Made by a program: the position numbers and the translations under genes. 43,298 nt of DNA, taken from assembly GCA_001001205.1 (NCBI GenBank), contig LCKE01000015.1:1-43298 (forward strand). Direction: 5' to 3'. The DNA comes from Parcubacteria group bacterium GW2011_GWF2_45_11 (lineage in GTDB: Bacteria > Patescibacteriota > Patescibacteriia > UBA1558 > UBA10009). The notes under the pieces are model-generated. The model was not told where the DNA came from and ran no database searches. It worked only from the letters and a program-made list of their open reading frames with translations. Shown in pieces: positions 9,054 to 18,644 of this stretch (its first letter is position 1; each line of letters starts with the position of its first letter).

Positions 9054-9548
9054 ATGAAATTATTCCTTAAAAAGAAAAAACCGCAAACGGAGCAAACAGA
9101 AACAACCGAAGATAATTTTTTCCTTGACGACAGTGCCGAGAGTGTCGCCAAAGTTAAAACAACGACAGAGCCGCCCAAGAAAGAAGACAGCTGGCTGGAA
9201 GAAGATTACGAAGAAGGACAACTGTCGGTTGACGTTTACCAGACCAAAGACGCCATTGTCATCAAATCCACGATTGCCGGCGTTAAACCGGAAGACATTG
9301 ATATCTCCATTAACAACGACATGGTAACCATAAGAGGTAAAAGGGAATTTGACGACTCGGTTCAGGAAGATGACTATTTTTACCAGGAATGTTACTGGGG
9401 CGGCTTTTCTCGTTCCATTATTTTGCCGGTGGAAATTCAGCCGGATAAAGTTCAAGCGAATCTAAAAAATGGGGTTTTAACCATTACTTTGCCTAAAGTG
9501 GCCAAAGCCAAAGCCGTTTCCATTAAAGTCCAGGAAGAGGGTGATTAA
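9054..9548 (+). CDS. small heat-shock protein, Hsp20/alpha-crystallin family
   Basis: 164 aa. Alpha-crystallin domain is visible: LSVDVYQTKDAIVIKSTIAGVKPEDIDISI...GVLTITLPK. Confidence 0.9.
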   Translation: MKLFLKKKKPQTEQTETTEDNFFLDDSAESVAKVKTTTEPPKKEDSWLEEDYEEGQLSVDVYQTKDAIVIKSTIAGVKPEDIDISINNDMVTIRGKREFDDSVQEDDYFYQECYWGGFSRSIILPVEIQPDKVQANLKNGVLTITLPKVAKAKAVSIKVQEEGD

Positions 9549-9551
9549 TTT

Positions 9552-9800
9552 ATGGCCAAGCCTTTAATTATCCGCGGGATAATCGATCGTTTTGAAAATA
9601 AGCTGGCCGTTATTGTAACGCCGGACAAAACGGAAATTTTATGGCCGATTAAAAATCTGCCCGAAGAAATAGGCCAGGGCAGTGCCGTCAGGCTGACGCT
9701 TTCCACCAATGAATCCGCAGAGCAGGAACGCGAAGCGCTGGCTAAATCAATGCTTAATGATATTTTAAATAATGCTCCTGAAGAAACAAACCTCAGTTAA
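9552..9800 (+). CDS. DUF3006-like small protein
   Basis: 82 aa. The N-terminal pattern IIDRFENKLAVIV...LPEEIGQGSAV resembles DUF3006. This is from recollection and was not searched. Confidence 0.55.
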   Translation: MAKPLIIRGIIDRFENKLAVIVTPDKTEILWPIKNLPEEIGQGSAVRLTLSTNESAEQEREALAKSMLNDILNNAPEETNLS

Positions 9801-11520
9801 AATTGTCCTGCCCCTGTTGATGAAGTGGTTGCTGTCCGGCGTAACCATTTTTTTGATTGCCGCCACCGCGGTGATCATGCTGGCCTTGATTTATGATAAG
9901 GCCCATGAGTTAAAATTCTTCCCTGGCGTGACCATTAACCATCAGACGTTAAAAAAAATGAGCCATGCCGAGGCGGTCAATTTTTTCCAAAATCAGGTGG
10001 ACGACTTCACCGCCCAAGGCCTAAATTATATTCTGGAGGGCAAAGCCATCAATCTGTTAACCACTTTGCCCGCCACCTCCGATCCTGACGTTTCTCATAA
10101 TTTAATTAATTTTGAGGTGCAAAAAACGGTTGACGAAGCTTACCTGTACGGGCGCAAGCAGGGTTATAGGATGAATTTTTTTAACCAAATGTGGTCTTTG
10201 ATCTTTGGCCATGACATACCCTTAAAATTCAACCTGCAAAACAAGGAATTCTTTAACCTGCTGGAGGCTAATCTAAAACCGTTGACTCAGGCCAAAACAG
10301 ACGCCCGGCCGATCATTGATGAACAGCTTAAAATTACCATCAGACACGAAACCGCCGGCAGCACTTTTGATTATGAAGAAATCTACCGGCAAACCCTGGA
10401 CCGCCTGACCAAGCTTTCCGACCAACCAATCCAGGCGACCTTAATGACTGACCAGCCGGCGGTAACGGGAAAAAATATCAGCCCCGAACTCTTAAACCGC
10501 CTGGAAAAAGTGATCGCCACGTCAACTTTGACTCTAACTTACCATAATCAAAGCTGGCCGGTGGCCAATCAAATATTTAAAGACTGGCTGGTCTTTAAAA
10601 AATCGCCCGCTCAGGTTGAATTAGGTTTTGATTCATCAACCACGGCCGCTTATTTAACCAACGAAGTCGCCCAAGATATTTACCGGCCGACCCTGGATGC
10701 CAAGTTTGAAATTATCAACGGCCGGGTGGTGGAATTTCAGGGTAGCCAAGACGGGCTGGATCTTGATATTGACAAATCAATCAGCCAACTGGAACAAGAT
10801 TTTCTGCAAAATCAGCAGACCGCCGTTAACTTAGTGGTGAACCAGACCAAGTCTAAAATTACTACCGACAGCGTTAATGATCTGGGCATCACCCAGATTA
10901 TCGGCACGGGCTATTCTGATTTTTCCGGCAGCCCGGTAAACCGGCGCCACAATATCAGCGTCGGCGCCCAGACTTTAAACGGGGTTTTGATCAAGCCTGA
11001 AGAAGAATTTTCTTTAATCACCGCCTTGGGCGATATTAACGCGGCTGCCGGCTACAAACCGGAACTGGTGATTAAGGGAGACAAAACCATCCCCGAATAC
11101 GGCGGCGGCCTCTGCCAGATAGGCACCACGGTTTTTAGATCGGCGCTGGCTGGCGGACTGCCGATCACCTTAAGAAGAAATCATTCTTACCGGGTCAGCT
11201 ATTATGAACCGGCGGGCAAGGACGCCACCATTTACGACCCCTGGCCGGATTTAAAATTTATCAATGACACTGGCGCCCACATTTTAATCCAGTCGCGTAT
11301 AGAAGGGGATGACTTATATTTTGACTTTTGGGGGACGAGCGACGGCCGGATCATTGAACAGTCGGACTCGGTCATCTATAATATCAAAAGTCCAGGCCCG
11401 ACCCAGTATATTGAAACGCCCGACCTGGCCCCCGGAGAAAAAAAATGCACCGAAAGCGCCCACGCCGGCGCCGATGCCTATTTTGATTATCAGGTCACTT
11501 ACCCTAAAGCTCGCTGGTAA
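9772..11520 (+). CDS. VanW domain-containing protein
   Basis: 582 aa. N-terminal TM helix and a C-terminal VanW core (GGGLCQIGTTVFRSALAGGLPITLRRNHSYRVSYY). Alternative start at ATG 9820. Confidence 0.85.
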   Translation: MLLKKQTSVKIVLPLLMKWLLSGVTIFLIAATAVIMLALIYDKAHELKFFPGVTINHQTLKKMSHAEAVNFFQNQVDDFTAQGLNYILEGKAINLLTTLPATSDPDVSHNLINFEVQKTVDEAYLYGRKQGYRMNFFNQMWSLIFGHDIPLKFNLQNKEFFNLLEANLKPLTQAKTDARPIIDEQLKITIRHETAGSTFDYEEIYRQTLDRLTKLSDQPIQATLMTDQPAVTGKNISPELLNRLEKVIATSTLTLTYHNQSWPVANQIFKDWLVFKKSPAQVELGFDSSTTAAYLTNEVAQDIYRPTLDAKFEIINGRVVEFQGSQDGLDLDIDKSISQLEQDFLQNQQTAVNLVVNQTKSKITTDSVNDLGITQIIGTGYSDFSGSPVNRRHNISVGAQTLNGVLIKPEEEFSLITALGDINAAAGYKPELVIKGDKTIPEYGGGLCQIGTTVFRSALAGGLPITLRRNHSYRVSYYEPAGKDATIYDPWPDLKFINDTGAHILIQSRIEGDDLYFDFWGTSDGRIIEQSDSVIYNIKSPGPTQYIETPDLAPGEKKCTESAHAGADAYFDYQVTYPKARW

Positions 11521-11927
11521 CGGTGGTGGCGGCGGCGGAGCGAAACCGGAAGCGGCCACTTCCACGGAAGCGGTCATTGAGTAATCTTATAAAAATAACC
11601 GTGGGGGGGTCTAAAACAAAAAAACCAAACACGGGACAAATTAAAAATAAGTCCTGCACCTTTTCACCTAAAACTAAAAAGACGCTATCTTGATACTGCG
11701 TCCAAGAAAATTATTGTAAGCACAAATCTAGCAATTCAACAAATGAGAAAAGCCGGATGTAAAGCGCTTACAAAAATCCCCATGCTTGTCGTGGACGCAG
11801 AAGCAAAATAGCATCTTGTAATCAACGGACTCGTTAGTATAGCAGATATATAAATTATGTCAAGCTTAAAGTAGATAGTCGCCTGGATTTTGGCTAAAGT
11901 TAGCTTAATTCATACTAACAAAGACAG

Positions 11928-11956
11928 TTGACAAGCCGGCCGATATCCGCTAAACT
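11928..11956 (+). promoter_or_regulatory. candidate sigma70 promoter for rpmF operon
   Basis: TTGACA (11928-11933), 17 nt spacer, TAAACT (11951-11956). Confidence 0.5.
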
Positions 11957-12013
11957 GGTGCTGATCTTTATTAAAACAATTTTACCTAACAAATATTTAC
12001 TAATTATAAAATT

Positions 12014-12217
12014 ATGGCCTTACAATCGCAAAAAAGAACCAAGTCTTCAAAAAAACGCCGGGCATCGCATTTTGCTTTAACTAAAATTAATTTAAGCCAA
12101 TGTTCGCACTGCCATCAACCAGTTCAGCCTCATCACGCCTGCGCCAATTGCGGCTACTATAAAGGCAAGGAAGTCATAAAACAAAAAAGCGCCATGACTA
12201 AAAAGGGTAAAACTTAA
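12014..12217 (+). CDS. rpmF: 50S ribosomal protein L32
   Basis: 67 aa. Basic N-terminus (KRTKSSKKRRASH) and Zn-ribbon cysteines CSHC...CANCGYYKG. Confidence 0.93.
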   Translation: MALQSQKRTKSSKKRRASHFALTKINLSQCSHCHQPVQPHHACANCGYYKGKEVIKQKSAMTKKGKT

Positions 12218-12255
12218 TTGTTACAAATTACCGCTGACAAACTACTTAAACCTCC

Positions 12256-13119
12256 ATGTCTAATCGCCATCTGGCCCGAACCATAGTCTTACAAAGCTTA
12301 TTTCAATGGGACTTTAACAACCGGGCGGAAAACATCAATAAGCTTTTGGAAATGAACAGGGCGGAATTTGCCCCTGATTTTGATGACCAAGGTTTTTCCG
12401 AAAGTCTGCTGAAGTCTTTAATAGACAAAATCCAGGACATTGACGGTCTGATCAGCCAATACGCTCCGGAATGGCCGATTGAGCAAATCACGCCCATTGA
12501 CCGCAACGTCCTGAGAATCGGCATTTACGAACTAAAATTCGCCCAGGATATTCCGCCAAAAGTGGCGATTAATGAAGCGATTGAACTAGCCAAAACTTAC
12601 AGCGGCGGCTCTTCCGGAAAATTTATTAATGGAGTTCTGGGCAGTATTTACAAAGATATGCAGGCAAAGGGGGAAAAACAGGACTTGGAAGTTGATCCAC
12701 CCAGGGAATATTCCGCCGGAGGTGTGGTCTACCGTAAATCAGGCGCCGACTGCGAATTTGTCCTGGTTTTGGACGCCTACAATAAATGGACTTTCCCCAA
12801 AGGCCATATTGAAGAAAATGAAGACCGGGAAAAAGCCGCCGCCCGGGAAATCTGCGAAGAGGTCGGTATTAAAAATACCATTAATCAGGGCTACTTAGGC
12901 AGCATTGACATTAAAGTCAACGAACCCAATAAACGGGCCACACCAAAAACCGTTTTTTATTATTTGATCGAGACTGCGGATAAAACCCTGACGGTCACCA
13001 AAGAGCCGGAAGTCAAAGAAGCTAAATGGCTAACTAAAGAAGAGGCGCTGGCGACGATTAGTTACGAAAATGCCAGAGAAATTTTTAAGCTGGCTTTAAA
13101 AAAATTAAACCTTAAATAG
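12256..13119 (+). CDS. nusB: NusB antitermination factor fused to a Nudix hydrolase domain
   Basis: The N-terminal ~140 aa are NusB-like (RHLARTIVLQSLFQWDF, PPKVAINEAIELAK). The C-terminal part carries a perfect Nudix box GHIEENEDREKAAAREICEEVGI (Gx5Ex7REUxEExGU). Confidence 0.85.
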   Translation: MSNRHLARTIVLQSLFQWDFNNRAENINKLLEMNRAEFAPDFDDQGFSESLLKSLIDKIQDIDGLISQYAPEWPIEQITPIDRNVLRIGIYELKFAQDIPPKVAINEAIELAKTYSGGSSGKFINGVLGSIYKDMQAKGEKQDLEVDPPREYSAGGVVYRKSGADCEFVLVLDAYNKWTFPKGHIEENEDREKAAAREICEEVGIKNTINQGYLGSIDIKVNEPNKRATPKTVFYYLIETADKTLTVTKEPEVKEAKWLTKEEALATISYENAREIFKLALKKLNLK

Positions 13120-13200
13120 CTTGTCTATCGCATGTCGTGTATCGTGCATCCTTTATTAGGAGATACGATAGAGGATACGGGATTGACGCTTGAGGAACCT

Positions 13201-13890
13201 ATGAAACAATTTAATGAACTGGAAAAAAACCTGGGCGTGAGTTTTAAAAATACGGATTATTTAAAAATGGCGGTTGTCCACCGTTCCTATTTAAATGAAC
13301 ACAAAAGCTTTGCCCTGGATCATAACGAACGTTTGGAATTTTTGGGCGACGCGGTGCTGGAGCTGGTCACCACGGACTATCTTTACCGCACTTATCCCAA
13401 CCCTGAAGGCGACCTGACCAACTGGCGCGCCAGCCTGGTCAACGCCAAAATGCTCTCCGACATCGCCAGGGCCCTGGAGATTGAAAAATTTCTCTACATG
13501 AGCAAAGGCGAAACCAGGGACGCCAATCCCAAAGCCCGCAATTACATTCTGGCTAACGCCATCGAAGCCATTATCGGCGCCCTTTATTTGGATCAGGGCT
13601 ACGCGGCGGCGGAAAAATTTATCGGCGAAAAAATCCTGGTCAAGCTGCCTCATATTTTAAAAAACCAGCTTTACCTGGATGCTAAAAGCAAATTTCAGGA
13701 AAAAGCCCAGGAAATATACGGCCTAACGCCCTCCTACAAGGTTTTATTGGAATCCGGCCCCGATCATAATAAATTTTTCAAAATCGGCATCTACGTCAAT
13801 AACGAACTGGTGGCCGAAGGCGAGGGCACTTCCAAACAGGAAGCGCAAATGAATGCCGCGGAAAACGCGCTGGCAGTGAAAAATTGGTAA
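13201..13890 (+). CDS. rnc: ribonuclease III
   Basis: RNase III signature ERLEFLGDAVLELV plus a C-terminal dsRBD (GPDHNKFFKIGIYVNN...EGTSKQEAQMNAAENAL). ATG 13201 has GAGGA 4 nt upstream. The ORF is open from 13132. Confidence 0.92.
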   Translation: MKQFNELEKNLGVSFKNTDYLKMAVVHRSYLNEHKSFALDHNERLEFLGDAVLELVTTDYLYRTYPNPEGDLTNWRASLVNAKMLSDIARALEIEKFLYMSKGETRDANPKARNYILANAIEAIIGALYLDQGYAAAEKFIGEKILVKLPHILKNQLYLDAKSKFQEKAQEIYGLTPSYKVLLESGPDHNKFFKIGIYVNNELVAEGEGTSKQEAQMNAAENALAVKNW

Positions 13891-13901
13891 TCAACATCTT
13901 T

Positions 13902-13941
13902 AAAACAAAACCGGACGAGTCTGACTCGTCTGGTTTTGTTT
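13902..13941. terminator. rho-independent terminator after rnc
   Basis: AAAACAAAACCGGACGAGT-CTG-ACTCGTCTGGTTTTGTTT: a long stem flanked by A- and T-rich arms. Confidence 0.65.
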
Positions 13942-13994
13942 ATCTGAGCTGTAACTAACGCTTAGTTGTCTGATAGCGTTTGCGGAGCTAAAGA

Positions 13995-14345
13995 TTAATG
14001 AAATCTGCTTAAACCCATACCATCCGGCCCGGACAAACCCAGCTGTTCGCCAATCTGCCGCGCTTCGGCCATGAGCTGATGCATTTTAACTAGCTGAGCA
14101 AAATTATCAGCATTGATCTTTTCAGCGACCTTGGTCCCGGCCATTAAAGAAGCCCAGGTGTCGTAATCATTAGTCTCCACAGCCTGTTTGATATCCTGAC
14201 TTTTAGCCTGCCAGACTTCCCTTTGTTCAGTCGCGGGCGCCAATCCCTTTTTAGCAAACTCCGCATGATGAGCATAGACGGTTGTGCCGGCGATAATCAT
14301 TAAGGCTAAAAGAGTCAACGGCACCAGATATTTAATTTGTTTCAT
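13995..14345 (-). CDS. hypothetical secreted protein
   Basis: 116 aa with an N-terminal signal-like segment (YLVPLTLLALMIIAGTTVYA). The remainder is helical and charged. Confidence 0.6.
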   Translation of the reverse strand: MKQIKYLVPLTLLALMIIAGTTVYAHHAEFAKKGLAPATEQREVWQAKSQDIKQAVETNDYDTWASLMAGTKVAEKINADNFAQLVKMHQLMAEARQIGEQLGLSGPDGMGLSRFH

Positions 14346-14424
14346 GGATAAAAATGGTTAATGATTAGAGGGAGAGCGGCCAACTGCTCTGCCTAAATAT
14401 TACGCCGGCACCGCCTATTTTATT

Positions 14425-14862
14425 TTACCGGCTGATGACTGCCGGTCTTTGCTCAACCGACTGAGCCGTGACGCTGCCGTCATCATTAACCGTTCCGACA
14501 ACGCTGATGTTCTCGCCGACGGCCAAGGCCACGGCCGTGCTGGTAACGGCTTGACTGAAATGAGTCGCCGGACCATAAAAAATAATCTTAGAGCCGTCGT
14601 CCGGCAATTTGATGGTCAGGCTGGTCTCGTCCTGACTGATGATTTCACCGGACAAAAAACCGGCGCTGGAGCCGTTTAAGCGGTTAGCCAGATTCCCGCC
14701 CGCCTGGCCCTCAGCTAACTTTTGACGATTCGGCGTAAAATTACCAAAATTTTGACGGCCGGCCGTTTGATCGGCGGAGACAAATTTGGTACCAGCGTAA
14801 AAAGAACCGCCGGCCGCAATTAAACAGATAATAATGTAAGTGACGATATGTTTTTTGGACAT
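14425..14862 (-). CDS. hypothetical membrane-anchored protein
   Basis: 145 aa. N-terminal TM helix, a Gly/Asn-rich linker and a beta-rich C-terminal domain. It is the last gene of the ABC cluster. Confidence 0.6.
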   Translation of the reverse strand: MSKKHIVTYIIICLIAAGGSFYAGTKFVSADQTAGRQNFGNFTPNRQKLAEGQAGGNLANRLNGSSAGFLSGEIISQDETSLTIKLPDDGSKIIFYGPATHFSQAVTSTAVALAVGENISVVGTVNDDGSVTAQSVEQRPAVISR

Positions 14863-14926
14863 ACTTGGTTAAGGTTAAATAAAAATAAAGCTTCATTTAA
14901 ATAAAACGGGCCGCGCGCTACCTTAA

Positions 14927-16150
14927 TTATTCGTATCTCAAAGCTTCAATCGGATTTAAACGCGCTGCGCGCTGAGCCGGATAATAGCCAAAAATAATGC
15001 CAATCGCACCGGAGACGCCAAAGGCCAAAACTACCGAAGACAAAGTCACGGCCGTGGTCATGCCGCCAAATTTGTTGATTAAAGAAGCAATCAGCCAGCC
15101 CAACAGCAGGCCGAACAAACCGCCCAGGAAAGTCAGCATGACCGCTTCGGTTAGAAATTGACGGCTGATATCCTTGTTTTTAGCCCCTAAGGATTTGCGC
15201 AAGCCGATTTCCCTGGTCCTTTCGGTGACGGTGGTCAGCATCATATTCATAATGCCGATACCGCCGACTAGCAAAGAAATGCCGGCGATCGCCCCTAAGA
15301 GCAAAGTAAAAATGCCGGCGGCCGAAGAAACGGCGGAAAGAATATCCGCCTGATTTAAAATGGTAAAATCAACGGCACTGACGTCTTTAATGTTGTGCCT
15401 GACCATCAATAAATCATTAATCTGCTGTTGAACCATGGACATCAGTTCCGCCGATTGAACTTCCACGTTAATAGTGCTAACGGCATCACTGCCCGTTAAA
15501 TATTGCTGAGCCGTGGATAAAGGCACGTAAATCAGATCATCGGAACTGCCAAAGCCGCTGCCGCCCTTGGCTACGGTCACCCCAATAACGGTAAACTCAA
15601 TTTTATCAATCCGCACTTTTTGACCAACGGCGGCGGGCAGTTCCGGAAACAGGGTCGTTTTTGTTTCCGGTCCTAAAATGGCTACTTTGGAACGGCTTTT
15701 GACCTGCTGACTGCTTATAAAAGAACCCTCCGTCAAAGCCAGGCTTTGCACCGCCTGATACTCCGGTCCTACGCCATAAATGCTGGTATTGGTATTATTG
15801 CCTTTGACCGTTACCTGTTTTCGGGTGGAAACGTCTGGGGCGACGTTTTTAATATTCGGCACGGCGCCGGCGATAGCCTCGGCATCGGCTAAAACCAATG
15901 TGGAAGCCGAACCGAAACCGCTCCTGACCTGCGTGCCCACGGCCCGTTGCGCCCCGGGCATGACCATCAATAAATTGGAGCCCAAGGCCTGAAAATTGCT
16001 TTCAATATCTTGTTGCGCGCCCCGGCCGACGGAAATCATGCCGATAACCGAGCCGATGCCGATAACAATGCCTAAAATGGTCAGGCTGGAGCGGACTTTA
16101 TTGGCGGTTAACGAGGCAACTGTTTCCTTAAGCAAATCAGTGAACAACAT
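14927..16150 (-). CDS. ABC transporter permease, MacB/FtsX type
   Basis: 407 aa. TM1, a large periplasmic domain and 3 C-terminal TM helices ending in an FtsX-like motif (YPAQRAARLNPIEALRYE). Confidence 0.9.
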   Translation of the reverse strand: MLFTDLLKETVASLTANKVRSSLTILGIVIGIGSVIGMISVGRGAQQDIESNFQALGSNLLMVMPGAQRAVGTQVRSGFGSASTLVLADAEAIAGAVPNIKNVAPDVSTRKQVTVKGNNTNTSIYGVGPEYQAVQSLALTEGSFISSQQVKSRSKVAILGPETKTTLFPELPAAVGQKVRIDKIEFTVIGVTVAKGGSGFGSSDDLIYVPLSTAQQYLTGSDAVSTINVEVQSAELMSMVQQQINDLLMVRHNIKDVSAVDFTILNQADILSAVSSAAGIFTLLLGAIAGISLLVGGIGIMNMMLTTVTERTREIGLRKSLGAKNKDISRQFLTEAVMLTFLGGLFGLLLGWLIASLINKFGGMTTAVTLSSVVLAFGVSGAIGIIFGYYPAQRAARLNPIEALRYE

Positions 16151-16153
16151 AAT

Positions 16154-16855
16154 TTATACAATTCGTCTGTTAAAATTTTTCTCGTCGGAAATTATCTGGC
16201 CGTCCTGGATTTTAATAATTCTATCGGCGTGTTCCGCCACGTAACGTTCGTGAGTGATTAAAACAATAGTATGACCCTGCCGACGGTTAAGCCGCTGAAA
16301 GGTGTTTAAAACAATTTCGCCAGTTTGAGAATCTAAATTGCCGGTCGGCTCGTCCGCCAAAATAAGATCGGGAGAATTAACCAAAGCCCGGGCAATAGCC
16401 ACCCGTTGCATTTGACCGCCGGAAAGCTGGTTGGAAAGGTGCTGCCAGCGGTCTGCCGACAGACCGGCCGCCGTTAAGGCCGCCTGAGCTTTAAGTTGGC
16501 GTTCCGCTTTGGGTACCAGCGGATTATAAATCAAAGGTAGCATGACGTTCCTTAACACAGAAGTGCGGGATAATAAATTAAAGGACTGAAAAACAAAACC
16601 GATTTTTTGCGATCTGATTTCGGCCAGCTGATTATCGGATAGCTTAAACATATCCTGGCCGTTAAATTCGTACTGGCCCTCGGTCGGCCGGTCCAAGGCG
16701 CCCAAAATATGCATCAGGGTTGATTTACCCGAACCGGAAGGCCCCATAATGGCCACAAATTCGCCGCGGCCGAGGCTAAACGAAACATCCTTTAAAACTT
16801 TAAGGTCTGCTTCGCCGGTTTTGTAAATTTTTATCAAATGCCGACAAGTGATCAT
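16154..16855 (-). CDS. ABC transporter ATP-binding protein (MacB/LolD-like)
   Basis: Walker A GPSGSGKST, signature LSGGQMQRVAIARAL and Walker B LILADEPTGNLD. Confidence 0.95.
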   Translation of the reverse strand: MITCRHLIKIYKTGEADLKVLKDVSFSLGRGEFVAIMGPSGSGKSTLMHILGALDRPTEGQYEFNGQDMFKLSDNQLAEIRSQKIGFVFQSFNLLSRTSVLRNVMLPLIYNPLVPKAERQLKAQAALTAAGLSADRWQHLSNQLSGGQMQRVAIARALVNSPDLILADEPTGNLDSQTGEIVLNTFQRLNRRQGHTIVLITHERYVAEHADRIIKIQDGQIISDEKNFNRRIV

Positions 16856-18633
16856 TTGGGTATCATGCGAATCATGGTACGCATTTCGTTATTTTGATTG
16901 TTGCCGCCGCCGAATGAAGTCTGGATGCTGGCGGTGGCAGCGCTGTGGCCGTTAATTGTCTGGGTGACGATCTCGTCGCCCACATTCAGGCCGGAGACTA
17001 TTTCCGTAGATAAATCGCCGGCCAAACCGATTTCCACCGGCTGGGGCTGAAGCAACCCGTCTGTCATAACTTCCACGTAATAAATATCCCCCTGGCTCTT
17101 AAGAGCGGAGTTAGGCACAATGATAATGTCCTGCTTAAAATCGGTGATGATATTGGCCGATAAGCTCATGCCCGGCTTAATCCGTTCATCCTGGGCGTCA
17201 AAGGCCACGGTGACGTCGTAGCCGACTACCCCGGAAGAGACCTCGCCCAAAGTATCAATATCAGCCACCTCGCCGCTCAGGCTAAAATCTTCCACGGCAT
17301 CAAAAGTTAAAGTCACTTTTTGGCCTAAGGCCACCTGAGCGATATCCACTTCATTTAAAGAAATTACGGCCAGCTGTTTGGTGGTGATCAGGGAGGCCAA
17401 AACCGTGCCAGTAGAAACCTGATCACCCAGATGAACGTCGGTTTCGGCTACCACGCCGTCAAAAGGCGCGCGGACATAATAATCAGCTAAATTTTCCTTG
17501 GCGTCGGCTAGGGCGTTTTCTTTCTGCTTGAAAAAAATTCTTTGTGATTCAATGTCCAGTTCGTCTTCACCGGCTAAAAGCTGGTTGTGAGAAACATTTT
17601 TTTCCTCAATCTCCCTGTCCGCGTCAATAATGGACTGCTTATATGCGCTGATGGCATTGACCATGTTCAGCAGGCTGGAAACCTGACCGTTGGCCAACGA
17701 GGTGTTGGCGGCCAAAGTTGATTGATACTCCAAAACCTGGCTATAAACCCTTTTATTTCTTTGGGAGCGATAGTCAACCCAATAATCCAGCATATTGGTC
17801 ATCTTTTTAATGGAATCGGTAATTAATTTGGCAGTAGCCAGAGATTCATCCAATAAAATACCGATGGTTTCTTTGTCGGAGGATCGGCTTGACCGGCTAT
17901 AATGATCAAGGTTGAGATCATAAGCGCGGCGGGCGTCCTGGTAAGCGCTTTCGGCGTTGTCAAGATAACTCTGCATGGCTTCCTGCTCGTTATAATCAGC
18001 ATAAGCGATGGCATTCAACAAAGCCGATTTATTGTTTGTAAGTGCCAAGCCGGTTTCGCCGTCGGCAATTTCATAACTGTATAGGGTGCCATCCAAATCG
18101 CTCATAATGTCGGGAAAATCCAAAAAGGCGTCGGTAATGGCGTTATAACTGTCTTCAAAAGACTCGGCCAAATCGCTGACCGCCTGTTCTTTGGTCTCCT
18201 CGGCCTTGGCTAAAGCATGTTCTGACTGCAAAAGCTCAAGCTCATTGGCCGGTTTTAACAATTTTTCCAAAGACAGCCTGGCGCTGGCCAAATTAGCCTC
18301 GGCGTCCCTGACGCTTTTTAAAACCTCACTAGCATCAAGCTGAACCAATAAAGTCGCGGTTTTAACTGCCTGCCCCTTGGTCATGCCCAAATAAACAATG
18401 TCTCCCGAAGTTCTGGGCGACAGGTCTATCTGCTGGGAAACAGTCACTTGGCCACTGCCGGAAACGACCGCGGAAAGAGTGCCTGAGGCTACGGTCTGCG
18501 TCATATAACTTATTTCGTCCTGTACGGGCTTAAAATTCCGGTAAGCCCAGATCGCTCCAATGGCGATGACAACCAGAATAAAAATGGCTGATTTTTTATG
18601 GCCCGTGATCAATGCTTTGACTTTAGCAATCAT
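16852..18633 (-). CDS. HlyD-family periplasmic adaptor (membrane fusion protein)
   Basis: 593 aa. N-terminal TM helix, a very long coiled-coil middle and beta-barrel/lipoyl-like ends. Its stop overlaps the ATPase start by 4 nt. Confidence 0.8.
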   Translation of the reverse strand: MIAKVKALITGHKKSAIFILVVIAIGAIWAYRNFKPVQDEISYMTQTVASGTLSAVVSGSGQVTVSQQIDLSPRTSGDIVYLGMTKGQAVKTATLLVQLDASEVLKSVRDAEANLASARLSLEKLLKPANELELLQSEHALAKAEETKEQAVSDLAESFEDSYNAITDAFLDFPDIMSDLDGTLYSYEIADGETGLALTNNKSALLNAIAYADYNEQEAMQSYLDNAESAYQDARRAYDLNLDHYSRSSRSSDKETIGILLDESLATAKLITDSIKKMTNMLDYWVDYRSQRNKRVYSQVLEYQSTLAANTSLANGQVSSLLNMVNAISAYKQSIIDADREIEEKNVSHNQLLAGEDELDIESQRIFFKQKENALADAKENLADYYVRAPFDGVVAETDVHLGDQVSTGTVLASLITTKQLAVISLNEVDIAQVALGQKVTLTFDAVEDFSLSGEVADIDTLGEVSSGVVGYDVTVAFDAQDERIKPGMSLSANIITDFKQDIIIVPNSALKSQGDIYYVEVMTDGLLQPQPVEIGLAGDLSTEIVSGLNVGDEIVTQTINGHSAATASIQTSFGGGNNQNNEMRTMIRMIPK

Positions 18634-18644
18634 AAGATTAAAAA

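Noticed and set aside
11309-11584. Overlapping ORFs (91 aa plus strand, 87 aa minus strand) at the VanW 3' end, one with a GGGGGG run.
   Set aside because: They lie in alternative frames of the VanW gene and its GC-rich tail (GGTGGTGGCGGCGGCGG). Nothing independent supports them.
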